In this document: positions 12,211-23,231 of the stretch, one piece after another
How positions within the stretch are numbered: position 1 is the first letter of the stretch
Layout of the letters: the number at the start of each line of letters is the position of its first letter
Assembly (NCBI GenBank): GCA_951406725.2
Contig: OX597821.1
Coordinates: 42,842,001-42,906,000, forward strand
Source of the DNA: Octopus vulgaris
Lineage: Eukaryota
DNA length: 64,000 bases
Direction of reading: 5' to 3'
Position numbers and translations under genes: made by a program
The notes under the pieces: model-generated
Seen by the model: the letters and a program-made list of their open reading frames with translations, nothing else
Databases searched by the model: none
Told to the model about the DNA's origin: nothing

Positions 12211-13074
12211 TATGTATATACAATGAAATTCTTTCAGTTTCCATCTACCAATTCCATTCACAAAAGTTTCTCTCAAAGGTTTTAAGAGTGTAGTGAAAAA
12301 AAAATTGGCTAAGACCAGTCCGGACTGGGCTGGAGTGAAAAAAAAGCATAAATTTTCAAACTTTTTTTCATTTTTTTGTGAAAAGATGCCTCACATCATT
12401 CTGATGAGTGTGCAGAAAAAAAATTGGAAAAAATCCCTATCAACACAGAGAAATTCCAACTTATATGGGCCATCTGATATGAAACTCTACTATCCAGAAC
12501 CCCCCCCCCACCACCACCACGCCCTCCTCCAAAAAAATTTTACCTACAGATTTCTTTGTAATTGTAATCTACACTGTTTGAAAGGTATTTGTATAAAATT
12601 TCATTAAAAAAGTACCCACTTTCTTGAAAGTTATGAGGGGGAAAATGTTGGGTCATGTGAATTTTCCAAAGCTCCTCTCCTCAGAAAAAAATTTTTGCAA
12701 CAAAGCTTTACGTACACTCAATCTACACAAACTAAGTGATTATTTGTTGAAAGTTTCATTAAAAAGTATACATTTTTCTGGAAGTTATGAAGCAATAAAG
12801 TCTGTAGTTATGCCCATTTTTTAATCTCTTTCATAGTTGTAAAACATGTGCACAGAAACACTCATGTAGGGGAAACATGTATTTGATAACAGTTCTTGGC
12901 AAGTTTTGTGGTTTTTGACATAGTAAAAGGTTACTTTTCATAATTTCATGGTTCCTGACATAATAAAGGGTTACTTTTTATATTTCTTTTAGTTCATGCA
13001 AATTGTAAGTATGCAAGTAATGGAATCTTGTGTAAAAGAATGGTATTACCTGATCAATTTCATGATCATGATGA

Positions 13075-13460
13075 TGATCATCATCATCGTTTAACATCTG
13101 TTTTCCATGCTAGCATGGGTTGGACGGTTCGACCGGAGTCTGGGAAGCCAGGGGGCTGCACCAGGCTCGAGTCTGATCTGGCAGTGTTTCTACAGCTGTG
13201 AGCACTTCCTAACACCAACCACTCCGTGAGTGTAGTGGGTGCTTTTTACGTCCCACCGGCACAGGTGCCAGGGGAGTCTGGCAGCGGCCACGATTGGTTG
13301 GTGCATTTTACGTGCCACTGGCACAGAAGCCAGACAATGCGGCACTGGCATTGGCCACGTTCAGATGGTGCTTTTTACGTGCCACTGGCACAGAAGCCAG
13401 CCAAGGTGGCGCTTGCATCGGCCACGTTTGGATGGTGCTTTTTACGTGCCACTGGCACTC
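13075..13460 (-). mobile_element. RTE-LINE 3' UTR with tandem subrepeats
   Basis: (ATC)n tail on the plus strand followed by four tttacgt(g/c)ccac.ggcac units. Confidence 0.85.
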
Positions 13461-14043
13461 ACTAATATTAAGAAGACAGAAATTTTATGTCAGCTTTTAT
13501 GAGAAGCACTTACAAAAGTCTTATATGAACTGAGAAATACCTCAGGATTGTTTATTTCTATTTTTGTCTTTTTAAAGTTTAATTCCTTTAGTGATTGCTG
13601 AAATACAAGTAAAATAATTGCAGTAGTGTACATATTTCCTGGGTACTCCAACCATGTATGAAAGAGATATTCCACAAATTGCTCTTTACTCTATATTGAG
13701 GAACTTCTTCCACTGGATTCATCACATTTTGTTTGTGCTGTCTGATTGAAATTTGATGACTTGTAACCCTGTAGCAGTATTTGCTAAAAAAAAAAAGTTA
13801 TATTTCACATATCTTCACTTTTATAGAAAACTCAATAATACTGTACTGAGTTCTCTTAAAATTTGTTTGGTGAAGATATGAGATATCTATATTCTCATTG
13901 TAGAATCAATTCAGAAACTACAGTAGATTCAGTTATGAATATGAATTGTTATATTTTCTAAATAAACTTGTAAATCTTCTTTAATTATACCTATATTTTT
14001 TGAATGTTTTAAACCTGGAATTATTACTAAAATATTGTTATTA

Positions 14044-15155
14044 CTAGTGGGACCCATGAATATTTCACGGAATTAATAGTAAACCTATTGGGTTAATTCT
14101 GAAAACTATCCAAAAAGTTTGAAAGCGTAGCCTGTGTTGTGTCTGTATCAAAAGATAGTTGTTCATCTACTACTCATTGAAAAGTGAAGGAAACTGGAAT
14201 ACGATGATTACTTAATGCACTTTATATATATATACTTTATATATTTTACGCACAATTTTATAGACTTAATGCACAGCATTCATAAAATAGATATTCACTC
14301 TTATTTTCCTATTTTTCACACAAACAGAAATATTACATTTTAAAATTTACATGGTCATAATTTCATATCTAGAAAGCAAAAAATTTATTATAAAAAAAAT
14401 TATTTTATATGTAAAATATAGGGATCACAATTTCACAGGGGTAAAAATTTAATGCAACATGGCATACTTTGTAAACCACATCATCAGTAACTTATAAGCC
14501 ATGGCAAGGGATCGGATCCAATACACATTTCAGTTTGCATCCATCTTTCAATCCAATACTTCTTTACAGACTATGTTCTTGATGTAAGTTTTCCCTCTTC
14601 TTTTCCTTTGTTTGTTGGTGTTGATAACTTTAACCCTCACATCAGATAATTTGTGAGCTCTTGAGAATGCAGCATGTTGCTGACCATGGCCGAATACAGG
14701 CTCAGGCTAGACCAATCCTACTTTATCAAATGTCTGCCCTTGTGATTTATTGATAGTCATTGTATATGACAGGCGAATGGGAAACTGGTTTCTTTCTGAA
14801 GTGAATGGCACTCACCATCGACACCCCACATCACCACCACTCTCCCCTCTCTCTCTATCTCTCTTTAATCTCACAATCAGAACATCACTCCTCTGCTAAA
14901 ATTATATTCCTAACTCTCCTCTATATCACTACTTTCAACTAACTATTTTAGCCATGTAATAAATATTATGTTCTCCCTAACACATGTCATCTCCATCTTT
15001 TCTCTCTCTCTCTCTTTTTCTTTCTCTCTTTCTGCCTCATTCTTTGCCTTATCCTCTTTTTCTCTCTCCCTCTTCTTTCTCCCTCTTTTCTCTAATCACA
15101 CGAAAGCATTACCAACAGGCTAAGTAACGTAATGACAAGCAGAATTATTTCAAGA
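14044..15155 (-). mobile_element. Internally deleted Helitron
   Basis: Minus strand: subterminal hairpin CCGTGAA-ata-TTCATGG then GTCCCA-CTAG|T at 14044; candidate A|TC 5' end at 15155; carries the helicase C-terminus. Confidence 0.8.
14548..14811 (-). pseudogene. Helitron PIF1-like helicase C-terminal fragment
   Basis: [44 protein letters not shown]...KNIVCKEVLD*, corresponding to PIF1 motifs V/VI. Confidence 0.9.
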
Positions 15156-15199
15156 TAAATATAACTTCATGAGTCACAGCTGTCGTTGTTGTTGTTAAA

Positions 15200-15370
15200 G
15201 GCTGTGAGCTAGCAGAATCATTAACACATGGTGGCAAGTTGGCAGAAACGTTAGCATGCCGGGCGAAATGCTTAGCGGTATTTCATCTGCTGTTATGTTT
15301 TGAGTTCAAATTCCGCCGAGGTCGACTTTGCCTTTCATCCCTTTGGGGTCGATAAATTAAGTAACAGTTA
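15200..15370 (+). mobile_element. SINE family A, 3'-truncated, with duplicated head
   Basis: Two consecutive head motifs (gagctagcagaatcattaacac, aagttggcagaaacgttagc) then gagttcaaattccgccgaggtcgac. Confidence 0.8.
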
Positions 15371-15939
15371 TATATATGTATATCATATATCATATATTAG
15401 CGCTTTCTTCCACTCTAGAGTGGATGAAAGTACTAATATATGATATATGACTTATGATTTATAAAAACATGTAACCTACTAATAAATATCTGTAAATATA
15501 AAACCATCCAGATTTCTGAGTACCTCATTTCTTCTAATATATAACACACACACACACGATACATATACATACATGCACACACATACTTCAAACTAGTAGT
15601 ACCTACTACTGACTTGGGTAGAGACAAAAAGAGCCACTCCCAATTCCTTCTTCCTTGACCTTAAACAATACTAAGCCCTACAACATGCAAAGATTAACAA
15701 CCACAACCACACACACACACGCACACACGTGTTATCATTGCACACATACACGCACATGCAGACCTTTGCGCACGCACATATCCACACTTACACACACATA
15801 CCTCCTCCTGCACTCTCCTGTCTTTGAAAGAACTTTTTTTCACCCATTCCCTTCCGGTCATTCAAAATGTGACCGTGTGTGTACCGTTGGTGATTTTTTT
15901 TCCTCTGTCTTCCCTTCTCTGGATCTTTCCTTCTCCTAT

Positions 15940-15974
15940 GTTTCCGACGAAGAGCTCCGCTCGAAACGTTAAAC
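15940..15974 (+). ncRNA. Minimal type-I hammerhead ribozyme motif (U4>C variant), Penelope-like pLTR context
   Basis: GTTT-CCGACGA-a-GAGC(tcc)GCTC-GAA-ACGT-T-AAAC: stem I GTTT/AAAC, stem II 4 bp, palindromic stem III ACGT. Confidence 0.7.
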
Positions 15975-16444
15975 CCTCCTTCTTCCCTTCCTTCCTGAAC
16001 GTCCAATAATACTATATTTGTTCCACGTCCTCGCGTTGTTGTGTTTTCTCTTTGTGTTTTCATGTTTGGATTAACTTTATATATATATACACACACAAAT
16101 GCATGCCCCCACACAGAGAGAAATAAGGTCACTACATAAACATAATTAAACACCACAGAAAGAATGCAGGAAAGATTTGTTAGGAAAGAAAACTCAAGTT
16201 CACAAATATAAAGATAAAATAAACAACACATAATGTCAATGAGACATAATTGAAATTTTTTATTTTTCAATTCTAAAATTTTATTATTGATTACAAATTA
16301 ATGACTATCATTGAAACAATATATATATATGTGTGTATATATAATTATACATATATAAGTGTGTGTGTGTGTATGTGTCTGTGTGTATATATATATATAT
16401 ATATACACACACACATATGTATGTATGTATTATTTTTTTTTTTG

Positions 16445-16678
16445 CCTTTTTCTCGTTTCAGTCATTAGACTATGGCCATGCTGACGTACAACCTTGAAGA
16501 ATTTAAGTTGAACAAATCGAACCCAGTACTTGTTTCTGCCTACCAAATCCATTCACAAGGCTTTGATCAACCTGAGGCTATAGCAGAAGGCAGTTGCCCA
16601 AGGTGCCATGCAGTAGGATTGAAACCAGGACCATGTGGTTGAAAAGCAAACTTCTTACCACACTGTCATGCCTGCACC
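16445..16678 (-). mobile_element. SINE family B, internally deleted
   Basis: Reverse complement of family B tail and head. Confidence 0.75.
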
Positions 16679-16764
16679 TACACACACACATACACACGCA
16701 CACGTATTTGTGTTTATTTCATATCTAAAGTTGCAGATTATAAGTTTTCTAATGAAAAGTTTAT

Positions 16765-16816
<52 letters not shown>

Positions 16817-17201
16817 CATCATCATCATCATCATCGTCATCATCATCATCATCATCATCAATTACTTTTATTATCATTATTTGTCTGAAATGTTTTCAAA
16901 GACAATATCATATAAAATATAAATTCTTCAAATATGTCAGTAAAAAATACATATCTTTAAAAATACCCACTCCATAATTTCTTGTTAATAGATTGTAAAG
17001 AAAATGCTTCAGTTTAGTTCTAAATATATATTTGAGGTGAGAGTGTCATTATAATTTGATATTTTGTATTATTACAAAATATTCTTGTCTAAGGGCATTT
17101 ATTTATTGTACTTACGAGAATCCAATATTTTTATTTATTTATTGGGAGGTGGACATTAAATGATGATATTACAACAATAGCATTACTTCACAGTAAATAC
17201 C

Positions 17202-17432
17202 TATTTCTTTACTACCCACAAGGGGCCAAACACAGAGAGGACAAACAAGGACAGACAAACGGATTAAGTCGATTATATTGACCCCAGTGCATAACTGGTA
17301 CTTATTTAATCGACCCCGAAAGGATGAAAGGCAAAGTCGACCTCAGCGGAATTTGAACTCAGAATGTAACGGCAGACGAAATACGGCTACGCATTTTGCC
17401 CGACGTGCTAACGTTTCTGCCAGCTCGCCACC
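17202..17432 (-). mobile_element. SINE family A, full length, 19-bp TSD
   Basis: Reverse complement of 3342-3576; TSD ttacttcacagtaaatacc at 17183-17201 and 17463-17481. Confidence 0.9.
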
Positions 17433-17599
17433 TTTTATTATCATTATTTGTTCTGAAACAATTTACTTCACAGTAAATACCATTGATAGCAGTCAGTGGT
17501 AAGCCTGGATCTAGCATATCTAATCAATATTTTGAAATTGCCATTAAAATATTAAAGGTTGACTACATCAATTTGTCACTGATCTACTTATAGTTTACT

Positions 17600-17985
17600 A
17601 TTTTACTGGTTTCAGTTATTTGACTGTGGCCATATTGGAGCACCGGCTTTAGTCAAGCAAATCGATCCCAGGACTTATGCTTTGTAAGCCTAGTACTTTT
17701 TCTATCGGTCTCTTTTGCCGAACTGCTAAGTTACAGAGAAGTAAACACACCAGCATCGGTTGTCAAGCGATGTTGGGGGTACAAACACAGACACACAAAC
17801 ACACACATATATATATACATATATACGATGGGCTTCTTTCAGTTTCTGTCTATCAAATCAACTCACAAGGCTTTGGTCGGCCTGAAGCTATAGTAGAAGA
17901 TACTTGCCCAAGGTGCCACGCAGTGGGACTGAACCCGGAACCATGTGATTCGTAAGGCAAGCTACTTACCACCCAGCCACTCCTA
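17600..17985 (-). mobile_element. SINE family B
   Basis: Reverse complement of 8412-8830. Confidence 0.85.
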
Positions 17986-18305
17986 TCTCAAGAAATAAAT
18001 TAAACATTTCATTACATCATCTACATTAGTATCATCATTGTTGTCATCATTATTGCTGCCACCACTGCTGTTGTCACTGTTTTCCTCCTCCTCTTCCTGG
18101 ATTGAGCAGAGAAGAACTGGCTTGGATTGCAACAACTCAACTAACCCAAGCCAGCATGGTAGTTTGAGAAAAATGGTGACAACTCAAGAAATAAATGGGA
18201 TGTGAGTAGAAGAGCTTATTTATTCTTAAGTGACTCTTCTCTGATATAACATAAAAACCTAACAATTTGAAATGGTGAATATTAAAATATGTTCTAGATA
18301 TATAG

Positions 18306-18307
<2 letters not shown>

Positions 18308-18345
<38 letters not shown>

Positions 18346-20320
18346 TGTGTACAGTGCTCAGGTGCACTACAACTCATCTAAAGTGTATATATAATCAGGT
18401 GAAGTTTCGGCGGATTTCGGAAAGCATGAGGGCCTTAAAAGATGCAGTGTCATGGCAGTCAACAACTGACGCAGGCAGTTTATTCCATGCTTCAGCAACT
18501 CTGAGCGTGAAAAAATGTTTCCGAAAGTCATGGGAGCTGTATTGTTTTCTGACTTTGTAGGCATGTCCACGTGTGTTAGACACATGGAGATCAAAAAGGT
18601 GTTCAGTGTTGTTGTTGGTGAGGTGGTTGATAACTTTGTGGGTGTTTACCAAGTCCGTCGCCAAACGCCGGAGCTTCAGTGAATCCATGCCCAGGGAAAC
18701 AAGGCGCTCAGAATATGGTAGGTGTCTGATGGAGGGTATGCGTTTGGTTGCACGTCTCTGGACAGATTCCAGGAGGTCAATGTTCTGTGCAAGATAGGGG
18801 TTCCAAACTGATGATGCGAATTCCAAGTGTGGTCGTACCATAGCTGTATACAGTTTTAAATAGATGGCTGGAGAGCGGCTAACAAAAGACCTGCTGAGTG
18901 ATGCCAAGACACCCTCGGCCTTCCTGACAATCTTAGAGATATGCTTTGACCAACGCAAATCACTGCTGACAGTGATGCCTAGGTCACGCTCGCAAGAGGA
19001 TTTCTTGATATCAGTGTTGTGGAGGGAGTATGTGAACGCAGGGTTTTTTCTCCCAAAATGCATGGTGGTACACTTGTCCACAGCCAGTTTCAGTTGCCAG
19101 TCTGTGATCCATTGCTGCATTGTGTCTAGGTCTGATTGCAGGAAAGAGTTGTAGACATCAGGATCTGTCCTCTTGATTTCAAGGTACAGCTTGATGTCGT
19201 CTGCATATTTCAATACTGTGGCATTCTTTAAATTGGCATCTATGTCGTTAATGTATGCCACAAACAAGAGGGGGCCAAGGACAGATCCCTGTGGTACACC
19301 CGATGACATCTCATATGGTGTAGAGTGCTGTCCTAGAACTGTGACTACCTCCTTTCGGCTGAGGATGAAGGATTTCAACCAGTTAAAAAGGTCATCCCCC
19401 ACACCCATTGCAGAGAGTTTCACCATAAGCCTTTTGTGTGGCACAGAGTTGAAAGCCTTAGCAAAGTCAAGGTAGACAACATCCACCCATGAGCCACTGT
19501 CAGTAATCTGAGTAATGTCCTCAAGGAACTCGACAAGCTGGTCACTGCAGCTGGAGTTAGGGACAAATCCATATTGTGAGGGTCGGATGAGACTGTGAGA
19601 GCTCCAGAAGTTCCAGAGTGTTTCTCTGACACACGATTCCATCAGTTTTGCAATACAGCTAGTGAGACTGACTGGGCGATAGTTGACAGGTGATGTGCGG
19701 TCGCCCTTTTTGAACAGAGGAATGACACTGGCAGTTTTCCACTGCTCCGGAGTAGCACCATTGTTGAAACAGTACTGGAAGAAAATAGAAAGCTGGTGTA
19801 AAAGGAAGTGCCTGCCACGTTTGAGAAGCAGGTATGTAACTCCATCGAGACCAGGGGAGGCATAGTTGCGCTTATTTTGAAGGTGACGTCGCAGCATTGC
19901 AGGTGTAAATTCCATAGTTGTTATGGAGTTTGCTGTTAGTGATGGTGAAGATGGTACATTTTGACTTTCAACAGTGAATATGTTTGCATAGCACTCGGCA
20001 ATGAGTTCTGCGCATTCCTTGGGGTCGTCAGTGATCTGGTTTGTGTGAGGGTTGCGAAGAGGGCCCACTGGAGAGTGAGGTCTCTGCTTTGAGTGCACAT
20101 ATTTCCAGAAAACCTTGCTGTCAGGATTGGCTGCTATGCACTGTTCAAATTCAAGCACTGCTTTTTTTGTCACTTGCTTGAGATGGTTGGAGGATTTATT
20201 CCGCTTCTTCCTGTTGGTGTCTGATTTATGCAACCTGTATTCCCGTTCAGCAGTCCGACGTTCCCTCCTGGCAAGTCGGACCGCTGAAGTTTCCCAAATT
20301 GCCCTTTTGGAAGTAAGTAA
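18308..20320 (-). mobile_element. 5'-truncated CR1-clade LINE with (TTA)n tail
   Basis: Uninterrupted RT ORF, short 3' UTR, then a (TAA)n tract on the plus strand. Confidence 0.9.
18395..20233 (-). CDS. CR1-type ORF2 reverse transcriptase (N-terminally truncated, frame intact)
   Basis: SPGLDG, NYRPVSLTS, YLDFAKAFNSVPH, SGVPQGSVLGPLLF, YADD, and the CR1 C-terminus TRGHAYK..RKHFFTLRVAEAWNKLP. Confidence 0.92.
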   Translation of the reverse strand: MHKSDTNRKKRNKSSNHLKQVTKKAVLEFEQCIAANPDSKVFWKYVHSKQRPHSPVGPLRNPHTNQITDDPKECAELIAECYANIFTVESQNVPSSPSLTANSITTMEFTPAMLRRHLQNKRNYASPGLDGVTYLLLKRGRHFLLHQLSIFFQYCFNNGATPEQWKTASVIPLFKKGDRTSPVNYRPVSLTSCIAKLMESCVRETLWNFWSSHSLIRPSQYGFVPNSSCSDQLVEFLEDITQITDSGSWVDVVYLDFAKAFNSVPHKRLMVKLSAMGVGDDLFNWLKSFILSRKEVVTVLGQHSTPYEMSSGVPQGSVLGPLLFVAYINDIDANLKNATVLKYADDIKLYLEIKRTDPDVYNSFLQSDLDTMQQWITDWQLKLAVDKCTTMHFGRKNPAFTYSLHNTDIKKSSCERDLGITVSSDLRWSKHISKIVRKAEGVLASLSRSFVSRSPAIYLKLYTAMVRPHLEFASSVWNPYLAQNIDLLESVQRRATKRIPSIRHLPYSERLVSLGMDSLKLRRLATDLVNTHKVINHLTNNNTEHLFDLHVSNTRGHAYKVRKQYSSHDFRKHFFTLRVAEAWNKLPASVVDCHDTASFKALMLSEIRRNFT

Positions 20321-21138
20321 TTATTAAATATCAATGAAGATATTAAACATATTGGTTTCAGATTTTGATACGAGGCCAGCAATTGTGGAGGAGGGTGCAA
20401 GTCAATTACATCAACCACAATGCTCAACTGGTACTTATTTTATAGGCCTCAAAATGATGAAAAGCAAACTCAACGCTAGTGGCATTTGAACTCAGAATGG
20501 AAAGTCTGAAGAAATGTCAGTAAGCATTTTCCCAGTGAGGCAACAATTCTGCCAGCTCATCACCTTTATATCACATGAGATATAAAAGAAATATAAGAGT
20601 TTGTTCTTAATTATCTTTTCCATTAACATTTTTTTTTCAAATTCAAAAGTGTTTAATAAACGCCTTGTAGCAGTTGTTTGCTGTCAGGACATTGCATTCT
20701 TCAAAAACTCCATTCTTCCCGAATTTCCCCTGCACTACTCCTGACATGCCTATAAACCCGTTCCTCTTTACGACTCTTTTGCTGTTTACTTATCTGTCTT
20801 CTTGAGTTTTACTCTGTGTGTTATGCATACACTTTTGCTTGTCATTCATGTCTTTCTTTACTTGACTTATTGTTGCTTTTTGCCTCCTTTTTTATCCTTC
20901 TCTGATAAGTTGTAGTGTATCTGAGCTCTGTATACAATAAGCACATCATCATCACCACAATCACCACCACCACCACCACTACCATCATCATCATCATCAT
21001 TAAACTAAGAATTTTAAAATATTTTCAATATATATAGTAATGAAGCGATTTTTGAGATGTCAGTAAAGATATTAAACATATTAACACATGCAATATAAAG
21101 GTGTTTATGAGAAACTCATAACAATACTAAAGTGATAT

Positions 21139-21248
21139 TTAGTACTTTGTACTAAACAACGTAGACTGCTTGTCAAATTTGTCACATTCCACTTGGAACC
21201 TCTCATTCTGAGAAACTGTGAACCAATTCTTCCAGTCACCAACAACAC
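21139..21248 (-). CDS. Cytosolic sulfotransferase, coding exon 5 (last)
   Basis: Acceptor ttttacag; (G)VVGDWKNWFTVSQNERF...KY*; completes the RKGxxGDWK motif and carries the KxxxTVxxxE dimerization motif. Confidence 0.92.
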
Positions 21249-21905
21249 CTGTAAAATACAAGAGACTTTAACTGTAAGAATTTCATGTCTATAATAAGTA
21301 GAAACTGTCTTTTATACACCTTCTCTAATATGAACTCAGTTGCCAATCAGAGTAATATTAAATACTGTAATATGGTCAATACCAAAAGGTTGGTTGGTTG
21401 GATGGATGGATGGATGAATGGATAGATGGATGGATGAATGGATGGATGGATGGACTGGTGATTCTCCATTAGTTTTTATGATGAGGATTCAGTTGTTTGA
21501 TCAAGTGAATTACATGTCTGCTGAAATGTAAGTGGCTGAGTATTCCACAGACATGAGTACCATTAGTGTAATTCTCTGGCTGAAATCAATGTGAGCATTG
21601 TGACAAAACTACCTTTGAATTAGAGGCACAATCTGCCCAACAGGCTTCTATAGGGTTTCAATCAATCCAAGAGGGGAAGCAGTACCGTTAATGCTGTAGA
21701 ACTTAAACTGGCCATGTCTGGCCCAAATATTCTACCTGTTTTATGTTCAGACTGGCCAAATCTGGCCTTTCACACCTACCCTACAATGTCTTTCTAAAAA
21801 TAAACAATCACATCACCAAACTCTCAAAGTTATGAGATAATGCAGGATAAATTCAAAACAATGTGAATAAATAAGCATTGCATTTGGCAGAGTAATCTGA
21901 ATGCT

Positions 21906-22357
21906 AAAATGTGTTATACCCTCTGTACTACCTAAATCTCTCAGTAAGAACAAGACAAAATTAAAATGGGCAAATCACAGCCTAACAAAACTAAACATCA
22001 GATCAAATGCCTTGGGTTATTTGCTGCAGCTCTCTAAAGCTAAAGTCTGAAGCTTGGAGGAAAGAAAGAAGAAGCTGTCCTCAAACTGGAAAACTTGACT
22101 GAATACTTACACTAGAGTGGAATCTGCTAAAGTGACTGACCCAAGGTGCTTCGTGACGGTGTTAGACTGGATAGTGGATTAATTCTACTATCTGAGTGGG
22201 CTATGTTAGGATTTGAACACAGAATTTAGAGATCTGCAGCAAATAACCCAAGGCATTTGATCTGATGTTTAGTTCTGTTAGGCTGTGATTTGTCCATTAT
22301 AATTTTGTCTCGTTCTTACTGAGAGATTTAGTTAGTACAGAGGGTATAACACATTTT
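21906..22357. repeat. Inverted repeat with ~133-bp arms in sulfotransferase intron 4
   Basis: 21906-22038 matches the reverse complement of 22225-22357 with few mismatches. Confidence 0.9.
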
Positions 22358-22622
22358 CTAGACATCACATGTTGATTGTAAACAAGCATCAATATCAGAC
22401 AAATAATGTTGTTTGCTTCTAGTTTTCTATGAAAAACATGTCTGGCTATGGGGAAATATCATTTGCTTGGAAACAGGTGAAGACTGTTGATAGAAAGGGC
22501 ATATGACTGTTGAAAACCTTATCTCAATAAATTCCATTTAACCTACACAAGCATGGAAAAAGAAATGCTAAAATGATGATGATGATAATAAATCTAGTGA
22601 AAATATAAAGCAAAGATTGTAC

Positions 22623-22788
22623 CTTTACGAAACAATGTTTTTGTCGGTGTTCGAAGGAATTCAAGCTGAGAATGTTTTGCTGCCTTCATTTTGCCAAAAG
22701 TACATTTGTCAGCAATATCTTTAAAAAGTTGGTCATTTTTAGGAAGGCCTAAAAACTCGGACACTTTAGCCACATTGCCAACTAAATC
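22623..22788 (-). CDS. Cytosolic sulfotransferase, coding exon 4
   Basis: tttag|DLVGNVAKVSEFLGLPKNDQLFKDIADKCTFGKMK...LFRK(G)|gt; 166 nt, phases 0/1 consistent. Confidence 0.92.
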
Positions 22789-22955
22789 CTAAAGTAAATA
22801 TAAAAAAAAAAAACATTACACATACAAACACTATGAAATATCAGCAAAGTAACTATTTTAGTACAGTTTTAACATATAAATTGTAAAAAGATACACACAC
22901 ACACCATGAAACAGCAAAATAAATTTCAGTTTTTAGTAAACAAAAGATATTTCAC

Positions 22956-23059
22956 CTTTTTGAGGTCTTCATATTTAACTATCAAAATGGGTAGTTCAGG
23001 ATGGTCATTAATGTCCTTCTCCCACTGGAGCATATATTCAAACCAGTTACCACAATTCA
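22956..23059 (-). CDS. Cytosolic sulfotransferase, coding exon 3
   Basis: tttcag|VNCGNWFEYMLQWEKDINDHPELPILIVKYEDLKK|gtgaa; 104 nt. Confidence 0.92.
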
Positions 23060-23184
23060 CTGAAACAATGAAACATAGATTTTCAGTGAGTGTGACTAGA
23101 TGTGTACTTATTCATTTATGTGTGAGGATATTCATGTATTCATCAAATTGTGTATATATTGAGTCAGATGTACTTTTGTGTGTA

Positions 23185-23231
<47 letters not shown>

